Source of the DNA: an uncultured delta proteobacterium
GTDB taxonomy: Bacteria; Myxococcota_A; Polyangia; Polyangiales; Polyangiaceae
DNA length: 64,000 nt
NCBI GenBank assembly: GCA_963841435.1
Contig: CAWJCS010000005.1
Location: 1,632,001 to 1,696,000, forward strand
Direction of reading: 5' to 3'
The translations under genes were made by a program, and so were the position numbers. A model generated the notes under the pieces. The model saw only the letters and a program-made list of their open reading frames with translations, had not been told where the DNA came from and did no database searches. This document shows, in pieces, positions 18,932-28,700 of this stretch. The number at the start of each line of letters is the position of its first letter. The first letter of the stretch is position 1.

Positions 18932-21730
18932 TCATCCCGCTGGCCTTTTCGCGACCGGAACCCTGCCGCCGAGTGCCTCGAGCTCTTCCTTCGCGTGCTC
19001 GAGCTCGGCCGGTTCCGCCTCGCAGAGGAGCGCGCTCTCGAGCTCGAAGCGCGCGCGCCGCTTGTCGCCCGTGTGTGCGAGCGCCTCCGCGAAAGCGCGG
19101 TGCGTCTCGAAGCCCGTGATGTCCGCGTAGATGGCGCCCTCGCCGACCTCGACCGCCTGCTTGTACTCGCCGCGCGCCACGAGACGCCGCAAAAGCTCGC
19201 TAAAAACCAGCGGATCGTGCTCGGAAAGCAGCGCGAGCTTCTTCAGCAGCGCGAGTGAGCCGTCGGCGTCGCCCTGCTGCTCCGAGAGGCGCAAGAGCGC
19301 ATAGAGGGGCTCGGTCTGCGTGGGATCGAGCACCTCGGCGGCGCGCAGCGCGGCGAGCCGCGTCGGGGCGTCGTGCGTCGCTTCCGCAGCTTCGGCGAGC
19401 AGCATCTCCACGGCGAAGCCGTCCTGACCGTCGGCGAGCATGGAGCGCAAGAGCTTCACCGTCTCGCGCGGCTTGTTGCCCGCGAGCGCAACCCGTGCGG
19501 CGAGGTAGCGAGCGTCGGCATTCTTCGGGTCGAGCGTGCGGGCGCGCGACAGTACCGCCCCGGCCTCGTCGGTGCGACTCGCGCGAAACAGCGCGAGCGC
19601 GAGACGGGTGAGCTCGGCGGCGTTCTTGGGGTCGGCGCTCGCCCGCGCGCGCGCCGCATCCAGGCTCCCCACGCGCGAGAGCGGCACGTACTGCGAAGCG
19701 TAGCGAGCAAGATCGTGCTCCATTTCGGCTCGAAAATGCGCATCCTCCGCCGCCGGCTCGACGTGTAGCGCCTGCTCGAAGACCTCGCGTGTCGCCTTCC
19801 CTTCGCCCCACAGGCGCAGCATCGTCGCGAGCCGCTTCATGCCGTAGCGCTCACCGAGCATGGAGACGAGCCGGCTCGACGCGTAGTACGCCGTCGCGAC
19901 GTCGCTCAGCTGCTCCGCGCGCGTGAAGGCGCGGTTCATCGCCTCGATCGCCGGTACGCGTCCCGCGCGTCTGAGCTCGAAGAGCTCGGGCCCCTGTTCG
20001 CGCGTCCACTCGGGGCGCGCAATCGCCGTCTCGTATTCCGCGAGGCCTTCGGTGAACCAGCGTGGCACGCGGTTCCTCGAGAGCTGGATGTGGAACACGT
20101 GCGAGAGCTCGTGCCAGAGCGTCATGCCCAGGTTGAACTTCTCCTTCTGCGGGCTCATCGAGGCGAGCGTGTGGCCGAAGCAGACGCCCTGGATCGCGGT
20201 CTCGGGCAGACCGCTCGTGCGGATCGCGAAGTGTTCCCGATCCGCGTAGAGCTCGACACCGACCGGGATTTTCGGGGTGAAACCGTAGTGGTCCACGAAG
20301 GTCGAAAAGGCGCGCTCGAGCAGCGCGGGCACGTAGCGCTCGAGCAGCGCGCGGTCGGCCTTTTGATACCGCAGCGTGAAGCGCGTCCCCCGCACCGTCA
20401 CGTATTGCTTGGGGATGACCTTCTCGAAGAGCTCGAGCGTGTTGTAGACGCGAGCGTTGTACGGGTCGAGCGCGAAGGCGCGGCTCAACGCGGCCGTGCC
20501 TTCTTGATCGCGACCGGCGCGGATCAGGTTGATGCCGAGCCCGGCGAGCGCGGTCGCGTCGTTCGGATCGAGCGCCACCGCTTCGCGCATGAGCTCGACG
20601 ATGTCGTCGTAGCGGTGCTCCCAATCGGCAAAGTCTCCCACGATGGCGTAGAAGCGCGACCGCTCCGGGTTCTTGGCGAAGACGGCGCGCTTGTCGGCGA
20701 GGAACGCCGCGTCGTCGGAGCCGACGAAGTGAATCGCCGCGCGCAGGCTCATGAGATCGAGATCACCGGGCCGCGCGGCGAGGCCCTGCGCGACGCGCTC
20801 CTCCGCGAGCGACAAATCGACGTCGCGCAGCGCGACGCCGGCGAGCACGAAATGAGCCCGCGCGAGACGCGGGTTCTGCGCGAGTGCCGCACGGGCGAGC
20901 CGCTCCGCCTCGACGAAGTCGAGCGCCTGGGCGAGGCGCACCTCGGCGAGCATGACGAGCGCATCGGGATGCTGGGGCGCGCGCTCGAGGAGCTTCGAGA
21001 GAACTTCCTCGGCGTGCCCAGGGTCGTACTTCTCGAGGAACAGCTCCGCGCGGTACAGCAAGAGCTGGTCGTCGCGCACGCCGGTCTCCTCGGCCTCGGC
21101 GAACGCCTCGTTGGCGTCGCGCGGCGACCGCAAGAGGTAGGCTGCCCTGCCGACGAGCGCGAGCGCGTGGCTGTCACGCTCGCCGATGCGCCCTTCGTTG
21201 TAGTCCTCGATCACGGCGCGAAGCGGTGCCTCCGCGTCGGCTCGCCGCCCGAGCTCGATGCGCACCTCGCCGAGCAGAAGGCGCGCCTCGCGCGCCGCGG
21301 GTTGGTCCGCGACGCGCCCTAGGCTCGCCTCGGCATCCGTGAGGCGCCCCGCGCGGATCAGCGCCCGCGCCTCGATGACCTCGCGCCTCAGCGGGTCAGC
21401 GGACGCCGGGAGGCGCCCGAGCTCGCCGAGCGCCTCGTCGTAGCGACCGGTCAAAACCAGCGTTTCCGCGAGGCCGAAGCGCGCCTCCGCCGCGCGCGCT
21501 CTCCCGAGCTCGGCGCGGAAAGCGTGCTCGGCGCCCGCGTAGTCGCTCGCGGCGAGCAGGCGCCCGCCACGGGTGACGGCGTCCTCCGGTGCGGCGGGAG
21601 CGGTGGGGTGCGTCGCGTTCGTGCTGGCGCCGGCCTTCGCGTTCGCGGGCGCTTTGGCAGTGCCACGGGCGCCACCGCACGCGCTCGCGACGAGCACACA
21701 GAAAAGCGCCGAACGGCCGAGTGACGTCAC
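18932..21730 (-). CDS. TPR-rich lipoprotein with MA-clan (gluzincin) metallopeptidase domain
   Basis: Lipobox ASAC, TPR repeats, HELSH and PRWFTEGLAEY; alternative start at 21736. Confidence 0.85.
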   Translation of the reverse strand: MTSLGRSALFCVLVASACGGARGTAKAPANAKAGASTNATHPTAPAAPEDAVTRGGRLLAASDYAGAEHAFRAELGRARAAEARFGLAETLVLTGRYDEALGELGRLPASADPLRREVIEARALIRAGRLTDAEASLGRVADQPAAREARLLLGEVRIELGRRADAEAPLRAVIEDYNEGRIGERDSHALALVGRAAYLLRSPRDANEAFAEAEETGVRDDQLLLYRAELFLEKYDPGHAEEVLSKLLERAPQHPDALVMLAEVRLAQALDFVEAERLARAALAQNPRLARAHFVLAGVALRDVDLSLAEERVAQGLAARPGDLDLMSLRAAIHFVGSDDAAFLADKRAVFAKNPERSRFYAIVGDFADWEHRYDDIVELMREAVALDPNDATALAGLGINLIRAGRDQEGTAALSRAFALDPYNARVYNTLELFEKVIPKQYVTVRGTRFTLRYQKADRALLERYVPALLERAFSTFVDHYGFTPKIPVGVELYADREHFAIRTSGLPETAIQGVCFGHTLASMSPQKEKFNLGMTLWHELSHVFHIQLSRNRVPRWFTEGLAEYETAIARPEWTREQGPELFELRRAGRVPAIEAMNRAFTRAEQLSDVATAYYASSRLVSMLGERYGMKRLATMLRLWGEGKATREVFEQALHVEPAAEDAHFRAEMEHDLARYASQYVPLSRVGSLDAARARASADPKNAAELTRLALALFRASRTDEAGAVLSRARTLDPKNADARYLAARVALAGNKPRETVKLLRSMLADGQDGFAVEMLLAEAAEATHDAPTRLAALRAAEVLDPTQTEPLYALLRLSEQQGDADGSLALLKKLALLSEHDPLVFSELLRRLVARGEYKQAVEVGEGAIYADITGFETHRAFAEALAHTGDKRRARFELESALLCEAEPAELEHAKEELEALGGRVPVAKRPAG

Positions 21731-21740
21731 GATCACGAGT

Positions 21741-22532
21741 CTACCAGTCGAGGCGCACGCGTGCTCCCGGTCCCGCCCCGAGGCGCGTGGCCGCTCGAGC
21801 GTCGCGAGCGACGACCTCGAGCTGCCCGAAGGAGCCCACGAGAGCGCCGCATTCGCCCTCGGCGAGCTCGGCGTAGGTGCCGACGAGTCGGATCTCCCGC
21901 TCGAGCAGCCGGATCCTGGCCCCCGCGATGGCCGTGAGCGCCGGCCCTTCGAGGTTGGTCACGAGATTGCCGAAGTGATCGACCAGCACGACCTCGCCCT
22001 CCGCGCTGCCGCCGCCGCCGCTCTCGGCGCTGACGCGTGGCTCGGGCAGGAGGTTCGTCGCGAGCGGCTCGACGACGATGCCGACTGCCTCGAAGGCGAG
22101 GCGCCCCGCCGCGAGCTCCCCGGCCACGGGCGCGAATAGGTCGCGACCGTGGAAGGTGCGCGCCGGCACCTCGAGGCCGAGCGCCGACGGCTCGACCGCG
22201 CGCGCTTCGAAGGAGCCTGCCGTCTTGCGGACGCGCTCGAGCAGGCCGTTGTCGGGCGCCACGAAGAGCTGCCCGTCCGCGCGCGCGACGAGCGCGCGCC
22301 GCTCGCTGCCGACCCCGGGGTCGACGACGGCGAGGTGCACGGTGCCCGCCGCAAACCACGGATAGGCGAGCCCCAGCCAGAACGCCCCGTCGCACACGCG
22401 CTGCGGGGCGATCTCGTGCGTGAGGTCGACGAGCCTGGCCTCGGGATGACGCGCGAGGAGCACGCCTTTCATCACCCCCACGAACGGCTCGCGCGTCCCG
22501 AAGTCGGTGAGGAGCGTGACGATGCCGCTCAT
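21741..22532 (-). CDS. SAM hydroxide adenosyltransferase (DUF62, chlorinase/fluorinase superfamily)
   Basis: LLTDFG, DLTH, VVDPGVGS-RR, APDNG, TFHGRD, DHFGN. Confidence 0.9.
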   Translation of the reverse strand: MSGIVTLLTDFGTREPFVGVMKGVLLARHPEARLVDLTHEIAPQRVCDGAFWLGLAYPWFAAGTVHLAVVDPGVGSERRALVARADGQLFVAPDNGLLERVRKTAGSFEARAVEPSALGLEVPARTFHGRDLFAPVAGELAAGRLAFEAVGIVVEPLATNLLPEPRVSAESGGGGSAEGEVVLVDHFGNLVTNLEGPALTAIAGARIRLLEREIRLVGTYAELAEGECGALVGSFGQLEVVARDARAATRLGAGPGARVRLDW

Positions 22533-22855
22533 GGTGCCCCTTTCGCGCCCTCGGGCTCGCTCGACGGTCGCCAGCGCGCGACCCGACGCGGCCACCCCGA
22601 GCCCGCGCGGTGGCGCTGCCAAGCGCCGCGCAGCGTCGTCAGCACGAGCCGCTCGAGCCATGCAGGCGCCGGCAGGGTGCTCGGCTCACTCCGGAGCTCC
22701 ACGCGCCCGTCCGCATCCGCCACGGAAGCGCGGCCGCTCCACACGTGACCGTCGGCACTGAGCTCGAGGGCGTAGTCGGCGCCTTCGTTGCTCCGCCCGA
22801 GCAGGCGCGCGACGAGCCGGCCCCCCGTCGTCTCGCTGCTCGGGTCGTCGCTCAT
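22529..22855 (-). CDS. Hypothetical protein
   Basis: 108-aa ORF whose stop overlaps the DUF62 start. Confidence 0.6.
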   Translation of the reverse strand: MSDDPSSETTGGRLVARLLGRSNEGADYALELSADGHVWSGRASVADADGRVELRSEPSTLPAPAWLERLVLTTLRGAWQRHRAGSGWPRRVARWRPSSEPEGAKGAP

Positions 22856-22898
22856 GCTGGCTCGCGTAGCACCCCAAGGCCTGACCCCAAACACCGCG

Positions 22899-22915
22899 AA
22901 TTGGTTGAACCAATT
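22899..22915. promoter_or_regulatory. Perfect palindromic operator or upstream activating site
   Basis: AATTGGTT-G-AACCAATT; fits the PdhR/FadR-type consensus AATTGGTnnnACCAATT. Confidence 0.65.
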
Positions 22916-23005
22916 GTGGGCACGGCGTTACGCGGAGTGCGAATGACGCTGCGCGTTATATCCACAGTCTGGAAAATTCCCTGTGTCAATTCGGTTAGTT
23001 ACCTC

Positions 23006-23021
23006 TGGCATGGACCTGGCT
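23006..23021 (+). promoter_or_regulatory. sigma54 -24/-12 promoter for the GT21 gene
   Basis: TGGCATGGACCTGGCT (GG-N10-GC); IHF-like ATTCGGTTAGTTA immediately upstream (22989-23001). Confidence 0.55.
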
Positions 23022-23040
23022 ATGTCACAATCGAAAGAAG

Positions 23041-24189
23041 GTGCACTCCATGCCCGGACTCGACTGGCTCGGCTGGCTCCCGATTGCGGTCTCCAGCCTG
23101 TGGATCGTCGGTGGCCTGCTGTCCGTCATCGCGGTCACGCGGCGGCGAGGCACCCTGATGGCGAGTCCGGCACCCGTGAGCGTGCTGAAGCCGCTCTGTG
23201 GGTGCGACGCCGATCTCGAGGAGAACCTCGTGACGTTCTTCACGCAGGATCACCCCGACTTCGAGCTCGTGTTCGGCGTGACCGATCCGGACGATCCCGC
23301 GGTCGTGGTCGTCCGCACACTGATGGACCGCTACCCTTTGGTCCAGGCGCGCCTCGTCGTGCACCGAGGCTCGCGCGCGCTAAACCCAAAGGTCGACAAC
23401 CTGCTCGGCATGCTGCCCAGCGCTCGCCACGACCTGATCCTCGTGAGCGACAGCAACGTGCGCGCACCACGCCACTACGTGCGCGAGGTCGCGACCCTGC
23501 ACGAGCGCGAGGGAGCGGGCCTCGTGACGAACCTGTTCGCGGGCGAAGGTGAGGACACGCTCGGCGCCGCGCTCGAGAACGTTCAGCTCTCCGGCTTCGT
23601 CGCGGCGGGCGTCGCGTTGCCCACCCTCGTCGGCGACCCCATTCTGGTCGGCAAATCGGCGCTATTTTCGCGCCGCGCCCTCGAGGATCTCGGCGGTCTC
23701 GCCCGCTTCGCCGACGTGCTCGCCGAAGACTTCGTGATGGGCAAGACCTTCGCACACGCCGGTCAGAAGCTCGTCGTAGCACCGAGCGTGCTCGCGAACG
23801 TGACGCGCACCATGAGCGTCCGGCAGATGCTCGCGCGGCAGCTGCGCTGGACCATGTTTCGCTTCCGCCTGCGCCCCGCCATCGCGGCGCTCGAGCCGCT
23901 CACGAGCCCGCTTGCCCTCGTCCCCTTCGCGTGGCTCGTGCTGGGGCCGTGGTCGCTCGCCTGGGCGGCCGCGCTCATCGCGCTGCGCGACGTGGGCGGC
24001 TGGCTCGCGCTGCGCGGCATCCGGAGGGCGCACCTGCCGCTCCTGCTCGGCCCGCTGCGCGAGCTCCTCGTGCTCGGGGTTTGGGCCGTAGCGCCTTTCA
24101 AGCGGCACGTTTCCTGGCGCGGCAAGCGCTTCCTGCTCGGGGCCGGAACCCTGCTTTACCTCGATCGAGCGCGCTTCAACCGCGCATGA
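23041..24189 (+). CDS. Ceramide glucosyltransferase / HpnI-like glycosyltransferase (GT21)
   Basis: VSVLKPLCG, NPKVDNL, VSDSNV, LAEDF, RQLRW; N- and C-terminal TM segments. Confidence 0.88.
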   Translation: MHSMPGLDWLGWLPIAVSSLWIVGGLLSVIAVTRRRGTLMASPAPVSVLKPLCGCDADLEENLVTFFTQDHPDFELVFGVTDPDDPAVVVVRTLMDRYPLVQARLVVHRGSRALNPKVDNLLGMLPSARHDLILVSDSNVRAPRHYVREVATLHEREGAGLVTNLFAGEGEDTLGAALENVQLSGFVAAGVALPTLVGDPILVGKSALFSRRALEDLGGLARFADVLAEDFVMGKTFAHAGQKLVVAPSVLANVTRTMSVRQMLARQLRWTMFRFRLRPAIAALEPLTSPLALVPFAWLVLGPWSLAWAAALIALRDVGGWLALRGIRRAHLPLLLGPLRELLVLGVWAVAPFKRHVSWRGKRFLLGAGTLLYLDRARFNRA

Positions 24190-24938
24190 GCCGGTCGAGC
24201 TCGACACCGGCGCCCGCGAGCACGCGCTCTTCGAGCGCGATCGAGATCGGCGACGCCCTTGAGCGCGAGGTCGATCATGCTGTCGAGCTCCGGTCGCGGC
24301 AGTGCCTCGCCCTCGGCCGTGCCCTGGAGCTCGACGATGCCGCCGCGCCCCGTGGCGACGACGTTGAGATCGACGCGCGCCACGCTGTCCTCGGCGTAGC
24401 AGAGATCCAGCGCGAGCTCGCCGTCAACGTGACCGACGCTCACGGCCGCCACGCGGTCGCGAAGCGGAGGCTTTTCGAGCTTGCCGGCGCGCCGGAGCTT
24501 GTCGAGCGCGAGCGCGAGCGCAATGAAGCCCGCCGTGATCGACGCGGTGCGCGTCCCGCCGTCGGCTTCGAGAACGTCGCAATCGATGACGACACTGCGT
24601 TCGCCGAGCTTTTCGAGATCGAGCGCGGCGCGGAGAGCGCGGCCGACCAGGCGCTGGATCTCACGCGAGCGACCCCCGAGCGGCCGTTCGCGCCCGTCGC
24701 GCGACTCCCGCCGCTTCGGGTTCGAGCGTGGGTGCATTTGGTATTCGGCGGTCACCCAGCCCTTGCCGCGCCCCGCCATGAACTCGGGCACCGACTCATC
24801 CACCGACGCGGTCGCAAGGACGAGCGTTCCGCCAGCACGGTAAAGCGCTGAGCCCTCGGAAAGCTTGTGGAAACCGGGCGTGACCTCGACCGGCCGGAGC
24901 TCGTCGAGAGGCCGGCCCCCGCGTCGTGTACTTTTCAT
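24176..24938 (-). CDS. rph: Ribonuclease PH, with an apparent +1 frameshift at ~24242
   Basis: GWVTAEY, REIQRLVGR, DCDVLEADGGTRTASIT, DLCYAED; removing one base at 24242 gives the C-terminus DLIALEERVLAGAGVELDRLMRG* (uncorrected ORF ends at 24156). Confidence 0.93.
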
Positions 24939-25082
24939 CGGGGTTCTTCTAACATGAGAAGGTTGGGGGAAAGTATCTCGGCTCCCGAGTACGATGGCAT
25001 GAAAATGGTCGTGTCCGTGTCCCCACTGACTGGCAAACCCCGCGATCCCGCAGCATGCTAATCGACTGGCGGATAGAGGCTG

Positions 25083-26549
25083 ATGCTTAGCACCGGCGAA
25101 ATCATCGACGGCAAGTACCGTATCGTGCGCCTGCTCGGGGAAGGCGGCATGGGCGCGGTCTACGAGGGCGAGAACACGCGCATTCATCGGCGTGTCGCGA
25201 TCAAGGTGCTCCACTCGGGTGTGGCCGAGCAGGGCGAGGCCGTGGCGCGTTTCGAGCGCGAGGCCCAGGCAGCAGGCCGCATCGGTTCCGAGCACATCGT
25301 CGAGGTGCTGGATCTGGGCACCCTTGCCGGTGGCGATCGTTACCTCGTGATGGAGTACCTCGATGGCGAGGGTCTCGGCACTCGCATCAAGGACCGCGGG
25401 CGGCTCACCCCCGCCGAGCTCTGTCCGATTGCGCATCAGCTGATGGAGGGGCTCGCGGCCGCGCACGGCGCCGGCATCATCCACCGCGACCTCAAACCGG
25501 ATAACGTGTTTCTGCTCCCGAATCGCAGCGGCCAGCAGGATTTCGTGAAGCTGCTCGACTTCGGCATCTCGAAGTTCAACCAGCTGAGCGGTGACAGCGG
25601 ATTCAGCATGACGCGCACGGGCGCCGTCATGGGAACGCCCTATTACATGGCGCCCGAGCAGGCGAAGGGCTCGCGCGAGATGGACCACCGCGTGGACCTC
25701 TACGCTGCGGGAGTGATCCTCTACGAAGCGCTCACCGGGCAGGTGCCCTTCAACGCCGATACGTTCAACGAGCTGCTGTTCAAGATCGTCCTCGAAGAGC
25801 CTCGCCCGCTCGAGCAGGTCGACGCTTCGATCGACTCGGGCTTTGCGGCGATCGTCACGAAAGCGATGGCGCGCGATCCCGCCCATCGCTTCCAGACGGC
25901 CAAGGAGTTCCAGGAAACGCTCGGACAGTGGGGTGCCGGTCATGGGCACGAGCTCGCGAATCGGTTGCGCGTCGCTCCCGCGGCGGGGACGGGCCTCCGC
26001 TCGTCGTCGATGAGCCGCACGCCTGCACAGGGGCTCGGCACCGGAACGCTGGGCACGGGAACGCCCGGCACCTGGGCGCAGACCGGGCCGAACCTCGACG
26101 CCGGCCTCGACACCATCCCGAAGAAGAGCAACATGGGTCTCTTCATCGGCGTCGCCCTCGCGGGCCTCGTGATCGGTGGGGGCGGTATCGCCGTCATGAA
26201 GATGCGCGGGGACGCCGAGGCCGAAAAGAAGCTCGCCGAGGCCGCAGCCGCCGACAAGGCGGCTCAGGAAGCCGCTGCCCAGGCGCAGGCCGCCAAGGTC
26301 GAAGAAGAGCGCGCGCGCGCTGCAGCGGCCGAGCAGGAGGCCGCGAAGGTCAAGGTCGAGGCCAATCAGGCGAAGGCCGAGGCCGCGAAGGCCAAGGCCG
26401 TGGCTTCGAAGCTTGCCGCGAGCGCGAGCGCAGCCGCCGCGAAGCCTCCCCCGGTGGTCGTGCGCCACGTCGCGGCGCGCCCCGCACCCGAGCCGCCCAA
26501 GCCGGCCTCGACGACTGGCTCCGGCCGCAGAATCCGCACGTCGCTGTGA
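25083..26549 (+). CDS. Hanks-type Ser/Thr kinase with TM and Ala/Lys/Glu coiled-coil tail
   Basis: GEGGMG, VAIK, HRDLKPDN, DFG, GTPYYMAPEQ. Confidence 0.95.
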   Translation: MLSTGEIIDGKYRIVRLLGEGGMGAVYEGENTRIHRRVAIKVLHSGVAEQGEAVARFEREAQAAGRIGSEHIVEVLDLGTLAGGDRYLVMEYLDGEGLGTRIKDRGRLTPAELCPIAHQLMEGLAAAHGAGIIHRDLKPDNVFLLPNRSGQQDFVKLLDFGISKFNQLSGDSGFSMTRTGAVMGTPYYMAPEQAKGSREMDHRVDLYAAGVILYEALTGQVPFNADTFNELLFKIVLEEPRPLEQVDASIDSGFAAIVTKAMARDPAHRFQTAKEFQETLGQWGAGHGHELANRLRVAPAAGTGLRSSSMSRTPAQGLGTGTLGTGTPGTWAQTGPNLDAGLDTIPKKSNMGLFIGVALAGLVIGGGGIAVMKMRGDAEAEKKLAEAAAADKAAQEAAAQAQAAKVEEERARAAAAEQEAAKVKVEANQAKAEAAKAKAVASKLAASASAAAAKPPPVVVRHVAARPAPEPPKPASTTGSGRRIRTSL

Positions 26550-27259
26550 CAGGCGCCGCGCCGCGCGACGTGCCGACGCTCGCGGTCTCCGAGATCTTCG
26601 CGAGCATCCAGGGTGAAGGCCCGAGCGCGGGCGAGCCCTGCGTCTTTTTGCGCCTGGCGGGCTGCAACCTGCGCTGTCGCTTCTGCGACACGCCGTACAC
26701 GTGGGACTACAAGCGCTACCGCGTCGAGGACGAGGTCACGGCGCTCACGCTCGACGATGTGCTCGGGCGCCTCGTGGCGAGCGGCCAGTGCCGACTCGTG
26801 ATCACCGGAGGCGAGCCGCTCTTGCAGCAGCGAACGCTCGCCGCGCTCCTTTCGCGGCTGCCCGGGGCCTTTTACGTGGAGATCGAGACGAACGGCACCG
26901 TCCTTCCCGACGCGGCGCTCGTCGAGCGCGTCAATCAGTGGAACGTGTCGCCCAAGCTCTCGAACGCGGGCGACGACGAGCGCGCGCGCCTCGATCCCAC
27001 CGTGCTCGCCGCCTTCCTCGCCACCGAGCGCGCTTACCTCAAGCTCGTCGTCGGCAGCGGCGCCGACCTCATCGAGGCCGAGGCGCTCAGGGTGGGAGCG
27101 GGGTGGCCTGCAAGCCGCACGCTGCTCATGCCCGAGGCCGCCACTCGCGCGGAGCTCGCACGCCGCGCGGGCTTCGTCCGGGAGGAGGCCCTGCGCCGCG
27201 GCGTCGGCTACTCGCCGCGGTTGCACGTCGAGCGCTGGGACGGCGCCCGCGGACGCTGA
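26546..27259 (+). CDS. queE: 7-carboxy-7-deazaguanine synthase (radical SAM)
   Basis: SEIFASIQGEG, GCNLRCRFCDT, ITGGEP, ETNGT, VSPK, PRLH; GTG overlaps the kinase stop. Confidence 0.88.
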   Translation: MTGAAPRDVPTLAVSEIFASIQGEGPSAGEPCVFLRLAGCNLRCRFCDTPYTWDYKRYRVEDEVTALTLDDVLGRLVASGQCRLVITGGEPLLQQRTLAALLSRLPGAFYVEIETNGTVLPDAALVERVNQWNVSPKLSNAGDDERARLDPTVLAAFLATERAYLKLVVGSGADLIEAEALRVGAGWPASRTLLMPEAATRAELARRAGFVREEALRRGVGYSPRLHVERWDGARGR

Positions 27260-27285
27260 GGCGCGACGCGGACGCCGGGCGCGGG

Positions 27286-28422
27286 TCAGTCGTCGCTGCC
27301 CTTGCGTCGCACGGCCTCGCGTGCGGCGCGCGAGCGCGCACGGAACGCTCGCTTTTGCTCGCTCCGGAGTCGCGCGTCCACCCGCGCGCGCTGGTGCCGG
27401 AGCTCGCCCTCGAGCTTGCGTGCGCTCTCGAGCCGGGAAGCGGGCAAAGCGCCCGATTCCACGGCCGTTCGGACCGCGCACCCGGGCTCGCCGCGGTGCC
27501 CACAGTCGCGAAAGCGGCAGCGCGCCGCGAACGCGTCGATGTCCGAAAACCCGGCGTCCTCGTGCTCGTTGTCCGCGTCTCCGAAGAGCGCGAGCTCGCG
27601 CATGCCCGGCGTGTCGATCAGGAGCCCGCCGCCGGGCAACGCCACGAGCTCGCGCTCGGTCGTCGTGTGGCGACCGCGTGCGTCGGCCTCGCGCACGTCG
27701 GCGGTGTGCCGAGCATCGCGCCCGAGCAGCCGGTTGACGAGCGTCGACTTGCCGACTCCGGACGAGCCGAGCAGCACCGCGGTCGCACCGGGCTCCACGC
27801 GGCGGCGCAAGGGCTCGAGACCGTGCCCGGCGAGCGCGCTCACGAGCGCGACCTCGACGCCGGCGAGCGCTTCGGACACGAGCGCGGCCGCCTGCTCGGG
27901 GTCGCTCGCCAGGTCCGCCTTGTTGATCACGATCACCGCGGGAATTCGGCTCTCTCGTGCGAGCGTCACGTACCTTTCGAGGCGCCTCGTGTTGAGGCTG
28001 CGGCGCTGCACGTGCTCGCCCGCGCCATCGGGCGCGAGGGCCGACACCACGAAGCACACGTCAACGTTGGCGGCGAGCACCTGCCCGCGCGACGTTCCGT
28101 CAACACGCTGTCGCCGGAGCACACTTTTTCGCTCGAGCAAACCGACGACACGCGAGACGGGGTCGGCCGGCTCGACGAGCACCCAGTCGCCGACGGCCGG
28201 GCGATCGTCCGTCGTGAGCTCGTGCTCGAGCCGGCCGCTCAGCTTCGCGCGCCGGACATCGCCGTCGCCGAGCACGCCGTACTCGCCACGGCGCTCGCAC
28301 ACGATGCGCAGTGGACAGGCGAGGGACGCGCCCGAGCCCTCCTCGCGCGCGCGCGCTTCCTGCAGGAAAACTGGCGAAAAGCCGAGCTCGACGAGCCCGG
28401 GAGAAACCCGAAATGAAGACAT
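27286..28422 (-). CDS. rsgA: Ribosome small subunit-dependent GTPase A
   Basis: Circularly permuted GTPase motifs NKAD, GSSGVGKST, GRHTT, DTPG; zinc finger CRFRDCGH..GC. Confidence 0.95.
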   Translation of the reverse strand: MSSFRVSPGLVELGFSPVFLQEARAREEGSGASLACPLRIVCERRGEYGVLGDGDVRRAKLSGRLEHELTTDDRPAVGDWVLVEPADPVSRVVGLLERKSVLRRQRVDGTSRGQVLAANVDVCFVVSALAPDGAGEHVQRRSLNTRRLERYVTLARESRIPAVIVINKADLASDPEQAAALVSEALAGVEVALVSALAGHGLEPLRRRVEPGATAVLLGSSGVGKSTLVNRLLGRDARHTADVREADARGRHTTTERELVALPGGGLLIDTPGMRELALFGDADNEHEDAGFSDIDAFAARCRFRDCGHRGEPGCAVRTAVESGALPASRLESARKLEGELRHQRARVDARLRSEQKRAFRARSRAAREAVRRKGSDD

Positions 28423-28524
28423 GATGAACCCCGAGAGCGGTGGAGGAGCGCGCCGACGGCGCGCTCCTGTCGCAGCAACGCGGTCGCGCGCTGCCTGGTG
28501 CGGCCCGGCACCTTGCCGGGCGGG

Positions 28525-28569
28525 CTAGCTCTGTCCGCAGAAGGAGCGGACGACTTCGACTTGGGTCAT
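28525..28569 (-). CDS. Putative leader peptide MTQVEVVRSFCGQS upstream of rsgA
   Basis: Strong SD AAAGGAG, 6-nt spacer, ATG, 14 codons, TAG; SD region is complementary to the 3' half of the uORF. Confidence 0.6.
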   Translation of the reverse strand: MTQVEVVRSFCGQS

Positions 28570-28700
28570 GAAGGGCTCCTTTCTGCGGTGGGGTGGTCTC
28601 GACCTTCGAGACACCAAGGACAAATGACATGCCCCCGAAAGGGCGTCAACGCGTCCGTCCCTCGAAGGAGTGCACGACTCGGCGCGGCGCGATCGTCATC

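Noticed and set aside
21741-22532. SAM-dependent fluorinase or chlorinase
   Set aside because: It has the DUF62 hydrolase Asp-Arg-His pattern (VVDPG, SERR, TFHG) rather than the halogenase TFY motif, and no biosynthetic cluster surrounds it
22955-22990. DnaA boxes or oriC
   Set aside because: Only one one-mismatch box (ATATCCACA) and weak others; a sigma54 promoter region explains it better
26546-27259. dpd 7-deazaguanine DNA modification system (queE plus methyltransferase)
   Set aside because: No dpdA/tgt-like or other dpd genes, and the methyltransferase is over 20 kb away
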